From: Myxococcota bacterium | Lineage (GTDB): Bacteria > Myxococcota_A > Polyangia > Polyangiales > Sandaracinaceae | Assembly (NCBI GenBank): GCA_036149055.1 | Contig: JAYZQJ010000181.1 | Location: 1 to 50,198, forward strand | Length of the DNA: 50,198 nt | Reading direction: 5' to 3' | In this document: piece after piece, positions 38,101 to 50,198 of the stretch | Layout of the letters: each line of letters begins with the position of its first letter | Numbering within the stretch: position 1 is the first letter of the stretch | Program-made: the position numbers and the translations under genes | Notes under the pieces: model-generated | Databases searched by the model: none | Seen by the model: only the letters and a program-made list of their open reading frames with translations | What the model was told of the DNA's origin: nothing

Positions 38101-40440
38101 CACGGCGCGGCCGACCTGCTGCTCCGCGAGATCGAGGTCACCGACGGCGACAGCTCGAAGGCCAAGCTCTACGCCGAGCTCGGCGAGCTCTACCGCGACC
38201 GCCTCGAGCTGCCGAAGAAGGCCGAGAACGCCTTCGAGAAGGCGCTCGAGCTCGACGGCACCTGCACGCCGGCCGCCCGCGGGCTCGGCGACATGGCCTT
38301 CGCCCAGGGCGACTGGGAGGGCACGGTCGAGCGCTACGAGCCGCTGCTCGCCCGCACGAGCGAGATGCCGGCCGACGTCGCGCGCGACGTGAGCGTGCGC
38401 CTCGGCGACGCCTTCCGGAAGCTCGAGCAGTACGACAAGGCGCAGCGCGCCTACCTCAACGCCAAGGCCTTCGCCTCCGACGACCGCGAGGTCCTCGAGC
38501 GCGTGGCCGAGGTCACCTTCGACATGGGCGCGCCCGACGAGGCGGCGGAGCTCTACCGCGACCTCGTCGAGCAGTTCGGCAAGGATCTCGTCGGCGGCGA
38601 CAAGGGCCGCGTCCTCTGGCGCTTCGGCCACTCGCTCGCCAAGAGCGGGCAGCACGACGAGGCGACGAAGGTGCTCAACGAGGCGGCCGAGCTCATGCCG
38701 GACGACCCGGCGCCGCTCCGCTCGCTCAAGGAGCTCTACCTCGACCAGAAGAAGTGGGACGAGGCGGTCCGCACGCTGCGCCGTCGCATGGAGTCGGCGG
38801 GTGACGACGAGCGCTTCGACCTGCTCGTCGAGGCCGGCGACGTCCTCATGAACGAGGTGGGCGACAAGGCGAAGGCGTCGAAGAGCTACGTCGCCGCGCT
38901 CGAGCTCAAGGGCGACGACCGCAACCTGCTGACCAAGCTGATGGCGGTCTACTCGGAGTCGAAGGACTGGTCTCGCCTGGTCGAGGTCATCCTGCGCATC
39001 GCCGAGCTGGTGGACGACCCGAAGCAGCTGTCGAAGTACTACCACACGGCCGCGGCCATCTCGCACTACGAGCTGAACCGCCTCGAGGAGGCTTCGGACT
39101 ACTACGAGCAGGCGCTCGAGCACGACATGGGCATGCTCAAGAGCTTCGAGGGCCTGGTCACCGCGCTCAACGCGCAGTCGGACTGGGACCGCCTCGAGGA
39201 GGTCTACCAGAACCGCCTCAAGCGACTCGGCGACGGCGCGGAGCCCAAGGACGCGGCGCATCTCTGGGACCAGCTCGGTGAGCTCCGCCTGCACCGCCTC
39301 GAGCGCAAGGGCGACGCGATGGAGGCCTTCGAGGAGGCCCAGAAGCTCGACCCGGGCAACCGCCGCCGCGCGGAGCAGCTCGCCGAGGTCTACTCCAGCG
39401 AGCCGAAGCGCTTCTTCTCCAAGGCGGTGAAGGTCCACGGCGACCTGCTGCAGCTCAACCCCTACCGCATCGAGAGCTACCAGGCGCTCCGCAAGCTCTA
39501 CACCGAGGTCAAGCGCCCCGACGAGAGCTGGTGCGTCTGCCAGGCCCTCACCGTGCTCAAGAACGCCGAGCCCGACGAGGAGAGCTTCTTCAAGAAGCAC
39601 CGCTCGCGCGAGCCGGCGGCGGCGCAGAACCCGATCACCGGGGACCACTGGGCCAACCTCATCAATCACCCGAGCCAGGACCCGCTGCTCACCGACATCT
39701 TCGCGACCATCGCCCCCGCGGTGATCGCGACCCGCGGCCAGCCGCTGTCGCAGTTCAAGCTCGACGCGAAGAACAAGCGCGACGCGGCCAAGGACGAGGC
39801 GGACATGGCGCGCACGCTGCACTACGCGGCGGGCGTCACCGGCATCGAGCTCCCGGACGTCTACTACCGCAACGACGACCCGGGCGGCCTGAGCTTCGTG
39901 TTCAGCGACCCGCCGGCCATCGGCCTCGGCAAGGGCGCGCTCGCGGGCGGCCCGGGCAAGGCCCTCGCCTTCGTGGGCGGGCGCCACCTGAGCTACCTGC
40001 GGCCCGGTCACTACCTGCGTCAGGTCGTGCCGACCGGCTCGGGCCTGCGCGCCTGGCTGCTCGCCGCGATCAAGAGCGCGGTGGGTCAGTTCCCGGTGCC
40101 GAAGGAGCTCGCCGGCAGCGTCGACGAGCACCTCGCGGCCTTCAAGAAGCACCTGCCCGGACCGGAGCAGGAGCGCCTGCGCAGCTACGTGCAGAAGCTC
40201 CTCGCCGCCGCGCCCGAGCTCGACCTGAAGAAGTGGGTCGCCGCGGTGGACCTCACCGCCGACCGCGTCGGCTTCGTGCTCGCGAACGACCTCGAGATCG
40301 CGACCGCCGTGGTGCGCGCGAGCCCGGAGGAGACCGCGGGCGTGTCCCAGAAGGACCGCCTGAAGGAGCTCCACCTCTACAGCGTGAGCGAGGACTACCT
40401 CACGCTGCGCCAGAAGCTCGGCATCTCGATCGGAGGCTGA
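35107..40440 (+). CDS. Large Ser/Thr-kinase-like + TPR-repeat protein (1777 aa)
   Basis: GEGGVGVVY, VALK, HGDVKAEN, DAG, IAPE; about 1100 aa of TPR-like repeats; C-terminal ...TADRVG...YSVSEDYLTLRQKLG domain. Confidence 0.92.
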   Translation: MNATTDLLRGELERLFDLDELKKLSDELLGLDPEQVGGTEGKGAFARALIQRCEADDALLALTDAVLVSKTGVNEKVTAIYDAHAGEELSPGAEVAGFRILKKMGEGGVGVVYLAEQKEPKRRVALKIVRPVHARDRVATRRWQTVARIHRGLSHDNLAAVIDVGTLEDGRPWIATDLVEGQQLASRIGRTGPMHYNEARPVIRGVLEALELLHGKGLAHGDVKAENVFMIRPSASDKMKNEPTGVLVDAGIDRLFGRGTVSASQAGLHPVFGTAKSIAPELARGGRADAASDLYAVACLLYETLTGRPPFTGETAIDVVAQHLTAEPAAPSEHAPRGWVSKELDTILLRALSKDPSKRYADAAALREALESIGRASIPPEARKQEDLDQKAFDKAAKALKEKPADEERAVALERVVEPAGAWDKAVEALQAAAEKADKDAVKVALLFRVARIQEADLTDHEGAEASYRKILELDENEEIARAAIEELKRKSGDAEGLVELLLEKVEAEESADERAAILREIAEAYEKQLGDPENAFVAWVQALAEDPRDDRSIAEVERLAGDSTDNWNEAIGALNETLEALEDPAEKAPLYVLLGRWYADKLNRPDFAVPCYGQALQIDPTNDAAMEGTIALYRKAQSWQELSTMLLSRAEASQNPAKARDWKAEAAEIIHTKLNDADRATALFEQILKDDPAHPKTTSALETIYAQKKNWKGLVKLLEEKAKSQRGEERVDTLCAIAEIHEDRLDDLDQAAAHYEAALKHDDHNVGALKGLERIYARKEKFPELLANLEKQLEVAATPRQKIALYERMGDIQLEEFVDHEKAQHLYAQVVEIEPGHENANQALARIYRKLQRFDDLAATLERHALGSEDDARKIELLVQAAKVLMVDVGAPERALAVVERVTSVQPDHTEALEMMSRLQAQTGDASKALASTEQLAQAEKDPQKKAELFVRAGRILEDNGDKDGAIERYKLALDADKQNTRAAAALRAIYEGRGDAHGAADLLLREIEVTDGDSSKAKLYAELGELYRDRLELPKKAENAFEKALELDGTCTPAARGLGDMAFAQGDWEGTVERYEPLLARTSEMPADVARDVSVRLGDAFRKLEQYDKAQRAYLNAKAFASDDREVLERVAEVTFDMGAPDEAAELYRDLVEQFGKDLVGGDKGRVLWRFGHSLAKSGQHDEATKVLNEAAELMPDDPAPLRSLKELYLDQKKWDEAVRTLRRRMESAGDDERFDLLVEAGDVLMNEVGDKAKASKSYVAALELKGDDRNLLTKLMAVYSESKDWSRLVEVILRIAELVDDPKQLSKYYHTAAAISHYELNRLEEASDYYEQALEHDMGMLKSFEGLVTALNAQSDWDRLEEVYQNRLKRLGDGAEPKDAAHLWDQLGELRLHRLERKGDAMEAFEEAQKLDPGNRRRAEQLAEVYSSEPKRFFSKAVKVHGDLLQLNPYRIESYQALRKLYTEVKRPDESWCVCQALTVLKNAEPDEESFFKKHRSREPAAAQNPITGDHWANLINHPSQDPLLTDIFATIAPAVIATRGQPLSQFKLDAKNKRDAAKDEADMARTLHYAAGVTGIELPDVYYRNDDPGGLSFVFSDPPAIGLGKGALAGGPGKALAFVGGRHLSYLRPGHYLRQVVPTGSGLRAWLLAAIKSAVGQFPVPKELAGSVDEHLAAFKKHLPGPEQERLRSYVQKLLAAAPELDLKKWVAAVDLTADRVGFVLANDLEIATAVVRASPEETAGVSQKDRLKELHLYSVSEDYLTLRQKLGISIGG

Positions 40441-40444
40441 GTTT

Positions 40445-40568
40445 CTTGGGCAGGGGCGGGTCCGCCCCCGCCCCCGCGGGGGGGGCGCCGGCCCGCCCCC
40501 GCCCCCGCCGCCCCCCCCCCCCCCCCCCCCCCCCCCCGGGAGGGGTCGGACCCGACCCCGCCCACAAG
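40445..40568. repeat. GC-rich inverted repeat between convergent genes, with a 27-nt poly-C run (probably sequence-degraded)
   Basis: cttgggcaggggcgggtccg (40445-) pairs imperfectly with cggacccgaccccgcccacaag (-40568); C run at 40511-40537. Confidence 0.6.
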
Positions 40569-41366
40569 TCAGCAGCTCCGTGCGCAGGTCCCCGAGCAGC
40601 ACTCTCGCGCCGGGGGCGAGCAGGGGTTGCCGCATCCTCCGCAGTGCGCCGCGCTCGTGCCGAGCTCGACCTCGCACCCGGTCAGCGGGTTGCCGTCGCA
40701 GTCGTCGAACCCGGGCGCGCACGCGTCGATCTGGCAGGCGCCGGCCACGCAGCTCGACGTGGTGTTCGGCTGCGCGCAGCTCACGCCGCAGCCGCCGCAG
40801 TTCTCGAGGTCCGTCTCGAGGTCGAAGCCCTCGTCGGTGGCGCCGTCGCAGTCGTCGTCGACGCCGTTGCACGCCTCGTCCGGCACGCACGCGTCGTAGG
40901 GGCCGGCGTCGAGGGTGGGGCGCGTCCCGTCCCAGCTCGCCAGCTCGCCGTCGGCGACGGCCTCGCCGCGGCAGCCGCCGCGAGCGCAGGTCTCGCCGTC
41001 GCCGCAGGTCGCGCCGACACACTCGGACAGCAACTCCACACGCCACACCGCGATGGCGCCCGGCCGAAACGACAGCTCGCCTACGCGCCGCACCACCTCC
41101 GCGCCGCCGGAGAGCCCGACGACCGCCACCCGGAACGGGCCCACCGGGCCGCCCTCGTGGGTCATCGCGAGGGTGCGCGGGAGCGGGACCTGCCCGGGAC
41201 CGAGCGTCGCCACCGCCGTCTGGGTGCGCCCGCCCGGGCTCTCCGCGCGCACCTCCAGGGTGTCGAGCTCGCCGGGGACCGCGAGGTCGCTGCTCACCTC
41301 GACGAGCAGCTGGGTCGGCTGACCGCTGCAGCCGACCACGAGGAGCGCGAGGGCGAGCCGGCTCAT
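40569..41366 (-). CDS. Cys-rich lipoprotein with putative metal-binding repeats
   Basis: ATG 41366 overlapping the upstream TGA; lipobox VVGC; CNGVDDDCDGATDEG and NCGGCG/HCGGCG repeats. Confidence 0.85.
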   Translation of the reverse strand: MSRLALALLVVGCSGQPTQLLVEVSSDLAVPGELDTLEVRAESPGGRTQTAVATLGPGQVPLPRTLAMTHEGGPVGPFRVAVVGLSGGAEVVRRVGELSFRPGAIAVWRVELLSECVGATCGDGETCARGGCRGEAVADGELASWDGTRPTLDAGPYDACVPDEACNGVDDDCDGATDEGFDLETDLENCGGCGVSCAQPNTTSSCVAGACQIDACAPGFDDCDGNPLTGCEVELGTSAAHCGGCGNPCSPPARECCSGTCARSC

Positions 41367-42112
41367 GGCCACGACAGCACCGCCGGCTCGAAGTTGCCGC
41401 GCACCGGGTCGGTGCCGCCGGACCCGAGCGCGACCGCGAGCACGATCACGCCCACCACGAGCAGCGCCCCCCCGCCGATCGCCGCCCAGAAGCCCCACTC
41501 CTCGTGGAGGGGCGTCGGCTGGGGCGCCGGCGCGGGGTCGGCGATCGGGTTCGCGCCGACCCCGAGGTAGACCCGGGTGCGCTGCCCCGCGTCGGCCAGG
41601 ACGGTCACGCGGGCGACCTGGCGACCGTCCCGGGCGGCCTCGACCACGTGCTCTCCCGGGGCGACGTACACGTCCCCGGCGAGCGCGTCCGCCTCGAGCG
41701 GCTCGGCGTCGAGGGTCACGTCGGTGTCGTCGAGCTCGGCCGCGCGTTCCACCCGAAGGCGTCCGGCCTCGCCGTTCATCCGCTCGCGCAGCGCGGCCGC
41801 GAGCTCGACCAGGGACGCCGGCGCGTCCGGCCCCATGGCGCGGAGCTGAGCGTCGGCCGCTCGATAGGCGCCTCGCTCCACCTCGGCCGCGGCCAGGTTG
41901 TAGCGGATCGTCGGCGCGTCTCGCAGCGCGAGCGCCGCGCGGAAGGCGGTGACCGCCTCCTCCCATCGCGCCTCCTGGGCGTGGGCGACCCCCTCGGCGA
42001 AGCGCTCCCGCGCCTCCGCGGCGCGGTCCTCCTCGTCGCCGGTCGTGTCCGTCGCCGCCTGCGCGCTCACCGCGGCGGGCGCCAGGAGCGCGACCGCGAA
42101 GATCCCGCTCAG
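41363..42112 (-). CDS. Exported TPR + PEGA-like protein with C-terminal TM; start CTG 42112 or GTG 42070
   Basis: ARERFAEG...WEEAVTAF...YNLA TPR; VAPGEHVVEA PEGA-like; WGFWAAIGGG TM. Confidence 0.8.
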   Translation of the reverse strand: MSGIFAVALLAPAAVSAQAATDTTGDEEDRAAEARERFAEGVAHAQEARWEEAVTAFRAALALRDAPTIRYNLAAAEVERGAYRAADAQLRAMGPDAPASLVELAAALRERMNGEAGRLRVERAAELDDTDVTLDAEPLEADALAGDVYVAPGEHVVEAARDGRQVARVTVLADAGQRTRVYLGVGANPIADPAPAPQPTPLHEEWGFWAAIGGGALLVVGVIVLAVALGSGGTDPVRGNFEPAVLSWP

Positions 42113-43842
42113 AAGCCAGGATCGGTGACGATCACGGTGCCGCCGCGGCGCCGGCCCGGGCGCGAACGGCGGCGAGTGGTGGAGTCGCGAGGTTCGGATG
42201 ATGCGCCTCTCTGGGAAGGAGCGGCCTCGGTGTCTTCGGGCGTCTCGGCCAGCGTATCATCCTCGGGGGGCGTCGCGGGGGCTTCCTGCGCTGCCTCGGG
42301 CGGCTCGGCCTCCGCCGCGGCCTCGGCCGCCTCGGGAGCCTCCTGGGGAGCCGCGGGGGCGGCGACGGGGGGCTCGGGACGAGAGGGCTCGGAGGGAGCG
42401 GCGGTCGACGGCGCATCGTCCGCGGCGGGCGCTGGCGGCGGGTCGTCGGGCCACAGCAGGGCCAGCCCCCCGACGAGGAGCGCGAGCGCGGCGACGCCGA
42501 GGCCGGCCATCAGCGCCACCGGGGGCCGGCGCCGGACGGTCGACATCGCCATCTCGGTGGTGGGCACCAGGAGCCGTCGGCGCACGTCGGCGCCGGTGTC
42601 GAGGCTCGGGCCGGCGCGCATCTCCGCGGCGAAGAGCGACTCCATGAGCCGCCCGATCCGGCTGGCGCTCACCACCTCCTTCATGTCGGCGAGGAGGTGG
42701 TCGAGGTCGTGCCGCAGCTCGTCGGCGCTCTGGTAGCGGCGCGCGGGATCCTTCTCCAGCGCGCGGGCCACGATCGCGTCCAGCTCCGGCGGCACGCCCT
42801 CGCGGAACGCCGAGGGCGGGGGCGTCTCCTCCTCGAGGATGGCCTTCAGGGTGTCGTACTGGGTCTTGCGTCCGAAGAGGCGCCGCCCGGTGACCGCCTC
42901 GAAGAGGCACACGCCGAGCGCGAAGACGTCCGACCGCGCGTCGACCGGCTGGCTCATGCCCTGCTCGGGCGACATGTAACCGAACTTGCCTTTGACCGCC
43001 CCGGCCTCGGTGGAGTGCTCGCTGCGCTCGGCCTTGGCGACGCCGAAGTCGAGCAGCTTCACGATCCCGTCGTAGCGGATCATGACGTTGTGCGGTGACA
43101 CGTCCCTGTGCACGATGCGGAGCGGGCGGCCCTGCGCGTCTCTCGCCCGGTGCGCGTAGTCGAGGGCCTCGGCGACGATCGAGAAGATGCGCAGGGTCTC
43201 CGGGATGGGGAGCCGCTGCTTCTTCTTCGCCAGGCGGACGACGAGCTCGCGCAGGGTGTGCCCTCGCACGTGCTCCATCGCCATGAAGAAGCGCCCCTGG
43301 TGACGCCCACACTCGTACACCGTGCAGATGTTCGGGTGGCTCAGGCGCATCGCGAGGCGGCCCTCGTTCAGGAACATCTCGGCGAACGCGCCGTCCTCGG
43401 CGAACTCCCCGCGCACCACCTTGATGACCACGCTGCGCGAGCCCGCGCCCTCGAGCGACTGACGCGCGAGCAGGAGGTCGGCCATGCCCCCGGTGGCGAG
43501 CTTGCCGAGCACGTCGAAGCGCGCGAAGCGGCCGATGACCGGGTGCTCTTCGGGCGGCGGGAGCGAGCCGCGGAGCGAGGCCACGGGCGCGCCTGGCGGC
43601 GGCGGCGCGGTGGGGCGGGCGCTCGGCCGGGTGCTCGGCGTCGGGGGCGCGCTCGGCGTCGCGCTCGGCTCGGGCGGCGTCGAGGCCGCCGCGGCCGCCG
43701 GTGGGGCCGGGGGCTTCGGGGGGAGCTTCGACGGGGGCGGCACGTTCAGCGTCGCGCGCGGCCCCGTGTGGGTCGGGATCGAAGGAGAGTTTTGCGCGCC
43801 CCCCGGCGCGGAGTCCTCGTCCTGCTGCGAGCGGGCCCCCAT
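42109..43842 (-). CDS. Transmembrane Ser/Thr protein kinase (myxobacterial Pkn type)
   Basis: LATGGMA, VVIK, HRDVSPHN, DFGVAK, GKFGYMSPEQ; TM helix; Pro/Glu-rich tail ending DPGF. Confidence 0.94.
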   Translation of the reverse strand: MGARSQQDEDSAPGGAQNSPSIPTHTGPRATLNVPPPSKLPPKPPAPPAAAAASTPPEPSATPSAPPTPSTRPSARPTAPPPPGAPVASLRGSLPPPEEHPVIGRFARFDVLGKLATGGMADLLLARQSLEGAGSRSVVIKVVRGEFAEDGAFAEMFLNEGRLAMRLSHPNICTVYECGRHQGRFFMAMEHVRGHTLRELVVRLAKKKQRLPIPETLRIFSIVAEALDYAHRARDAQGRPLRIVHRDVSPHNVMIRYDGIVKLLDFGVAKAERSEHSTEAGAVKGKFGYMSPEQGMSQPVDARSDVFALGVCLFEAVTGRRLFGRKTQYDTLKAILEEETPPPSAFREGVPPELDAIVARALEKDPARRYQSADELRHDLDHLLADMKEVVSASRIGRLMESLFAAEMRAGPSLDTGADVRRRLLVPTTEMAMSTVRRRPPVALMAGLGVAALALLVGGLALLWPDDPPPAPAADDAPSTAAPSEPSRPEPPVAAPAAPQEAPEAAEAAAEAEPPEAAQEAPATPPEDDTLAETPEDTEAAPSQRGASSEPRDSTTRRRSRPGRRRGGTVIVTDPGF

Positions 43843-43885
43843 CGACTCCAGGGTAGCCGATTTCCGGCCCGGGGTTGGCTTCCCG

Positions 43886-44434
43886 TCAACCGCGGGGGTT
43901 GCTGCTCGGCTGCGGGGACGGGTCGTCCGCCTGGGTGCTGGGCTGCGGGGACGGGTCGCCGCCGCGGTTGCCGCCCGACCGAGGCGCGCTCGGCTGGGGG
44001 GACGGGTCGCCGAGCACGAGGTCCTCGGAGCTCGGGATCGAGGCGAGGCCGAGGGTGAGCAGGTAGCGCTCGCCGAGCTCGTCCGCCTCCTCGTCCAGGC
44101 CCTCCTCCTCGAGCTCCTGCTGCACCGACTCCACGGTGTCGACGCAGATCACGCGACCCATGGCGTCGACCGCCGCGATGAGCCCGGAGGGGGCGCTCGC
44201 GAGCGCGAACTCGGTGTCGCCGTCGATCCGGCCCTCACAGCCGGCGGGCGCGGCCATCCAGTCGGTCGAGTCGACGGAGTCGAGCGCGGTCGTCCCGGGG
44301 GTGACCTCGATGAGCGAGTCCTGGTTGGCGGCGTCGACCGCGAGCGGGCCGGGGCCCCCCAGGGCGCAGCCCCCGAGGGGCGCGGTGGTGAGCGCGACGA
44401 GGGCGCCGAGGATGATGGGCTTCAGGTTCTTCAT
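43886..44434 (-). CDS. Small lipoprotein with three C-terminal DPSPQPS repeats
   Basis: SD ggggag; ATG 3 nt after the upstream stop; lipobox LGGC; internal Cys pair; acidic helix; repeats. Confidence 0.85.
   Translation of the reverse strand: MKNLKPIILGALVALTTAPLGGCALGGPGPLAVDAANQDSLIEVTPGTTALDSVDSTDWMAAPAGCEGRIDGDTEFALASAPSGLIAAVDAMGRVICVDTVESVQQELEEEGLDEEADELGERYLLTLGLASIPSSEDLVLGDPSPQPSAPRSGGNRGGDPSPQPSTQADDPSPQPSSNPRG
43904..44008 (-). repeat. Three 21-bp spaced repeats encoding DPSPQPS
   Basis: 43904-43924, 43937-43957 and 43988-44008; copies differ only at synonymous third positions; spacers of 12 and 30 nt. Confidence 0.92.
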
Positions 44435-44437
44435 GGC

Positions 44438-48376
<3,939 letters not shown>

Positions 48377-48423
48377 GAATGGAGCCCGGCGGAGAGGGCC
48401 CAACGTGCCCCCTCATCCGGCCC

Positions 48424-48452
48424 AGGGTAGGGGGCCTGGGCGCCCGGTTCAA
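48424..48452 (-). promoter_or_regulatory. Sigma70-like promoter TTGAAC-N17-TACCCT for the large EBP
   Basis: -35 at 48452-48447, -10 at 48429-48424, 17-nt spacer, 47 nt upstream of ATG 48376. Confidence 0.55.
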
Positions 48453-48502
48453 GCGGGGCTCTATACTCTGGGGCCCTGACGGCGCGGGGCCCCGAATGAC
48501 CG

Positions 48503-49918
<1,416 letters not shown>

Positions 49919-49997
49919 CGGCGCAAAACCGTAACCCGGACGCGCCGCGAAATCACGTGAGCTTTTCTCCGACGCCGGGGCGGGGCAGGGTAGGGCG

Positions 49998-50198
49998 ATG
50001 CGGAGGTGGTGGACCCTCCTGGCGTGCGCGTCGGGGGCGCTGGGATGCGGGACGGCGGGGCCGGCGACGGGCGCGACGGTGGTGGCGGAGGCCGCGGCCG
50101 GATCCGAGTCCGAGTCCGAGGCCGAAGCCGGGTCCGAAGCCGAGTCCGAAGCCGAGTCCGAAGCCGAGTCCGAAGCCGAGTCCGAAGCCGAGTCCGAA
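49998..50198 (+). CDS. Lipoprotein N-terminus with Ser-Glu-Ala-Glu repeats (runs off the window end)
   Basis: Not in the ORF track. MRRWWTLLACASGALGCGTAG...SESESEAEAGSEAESEAE...; lipobox ALGC. Confidence 0.7.
   Translation, partial: MRRWWTLLACASGALGCGTAGPATGATVVAEAAAGSESESEAEAGSEAESEAESEAESEAESEAESE
50103..50198 (+). repeat. 12-bp tandem repeat (tccgaagccgag)n, VNTR-like
   Basis: Degenerate units from 50103, then perfect units from 50133 to the window end. Confidence 0.95.

Noticed and set aside
40511..40537. Poly-C tract as a phase-variation switch
   Set aside because: Lies between two stop codons, not in a promoter or CDS; surrounding sequence looks like base-calling failure.
34750..41046. 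2098-aa minus-strand ORF
   Set aside because: Antisense to the kinase-TPR gene and reads through the poly-C tract; composition typical of a shadow frame.
43904..44008. Spaced 21-bp repeats as a mini-CRISPR
   Set aside because: Unequal short spacers (12 and 30 nt), in-frame coding, synonymous variation, no cas genes.
49923..49937. GG-N10-GC sigma54-like match upstream of the FHA-EBP (minus strand)
   Set aside because: Only 4 nt from the ATG, so the transcript would begin inside the CDS; poor -24 consensus.

Overview
Very GC-rich (visually >70%) bacterial DNA with a strong myxobacterial signature, most like Polyangiales/Sandaracinaceae (inferred from a MYXO-CTERM anchor, many Cys-rich lipoproteins, three Ser/Thr kinases, an FHA-sigma54 activator and VWA surface proteins). 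About 35 real CDSs tile the window; most long ORFs in the track are antisense or off-frame shadows. The window starts inside an HUH/Y1 (RAYT-like) transposase missing from the ORF track, next to three copies of a short palindromic REP-like repeat, and ends inside a 12-bp VNTR. No rRNA, tRNA or CRISPR array was seen. Highlights: (1) a STAND-like NTPase-TPR-sigma54 activator followed 3 nt later by a small lipoprotein with three DPSPQPS repeats, a candidate peptide-signalling system inside a kinase/FHA cascade; (2) a TANNNT box 6-8 nt before at least seven start codons, suggesting common leaderless mRNAs; (3) a secreted-protein gene bracketed by REP-like direct repeats beside the transposase; (4) a 1777-aa EAD7-like/atypical kinase/TPR/pseudo-M48 protein; (5) several unusual fusions and an unannotated 23-aa membrane peptide. 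All family calls come from motif recognition by eye; no database search was run.
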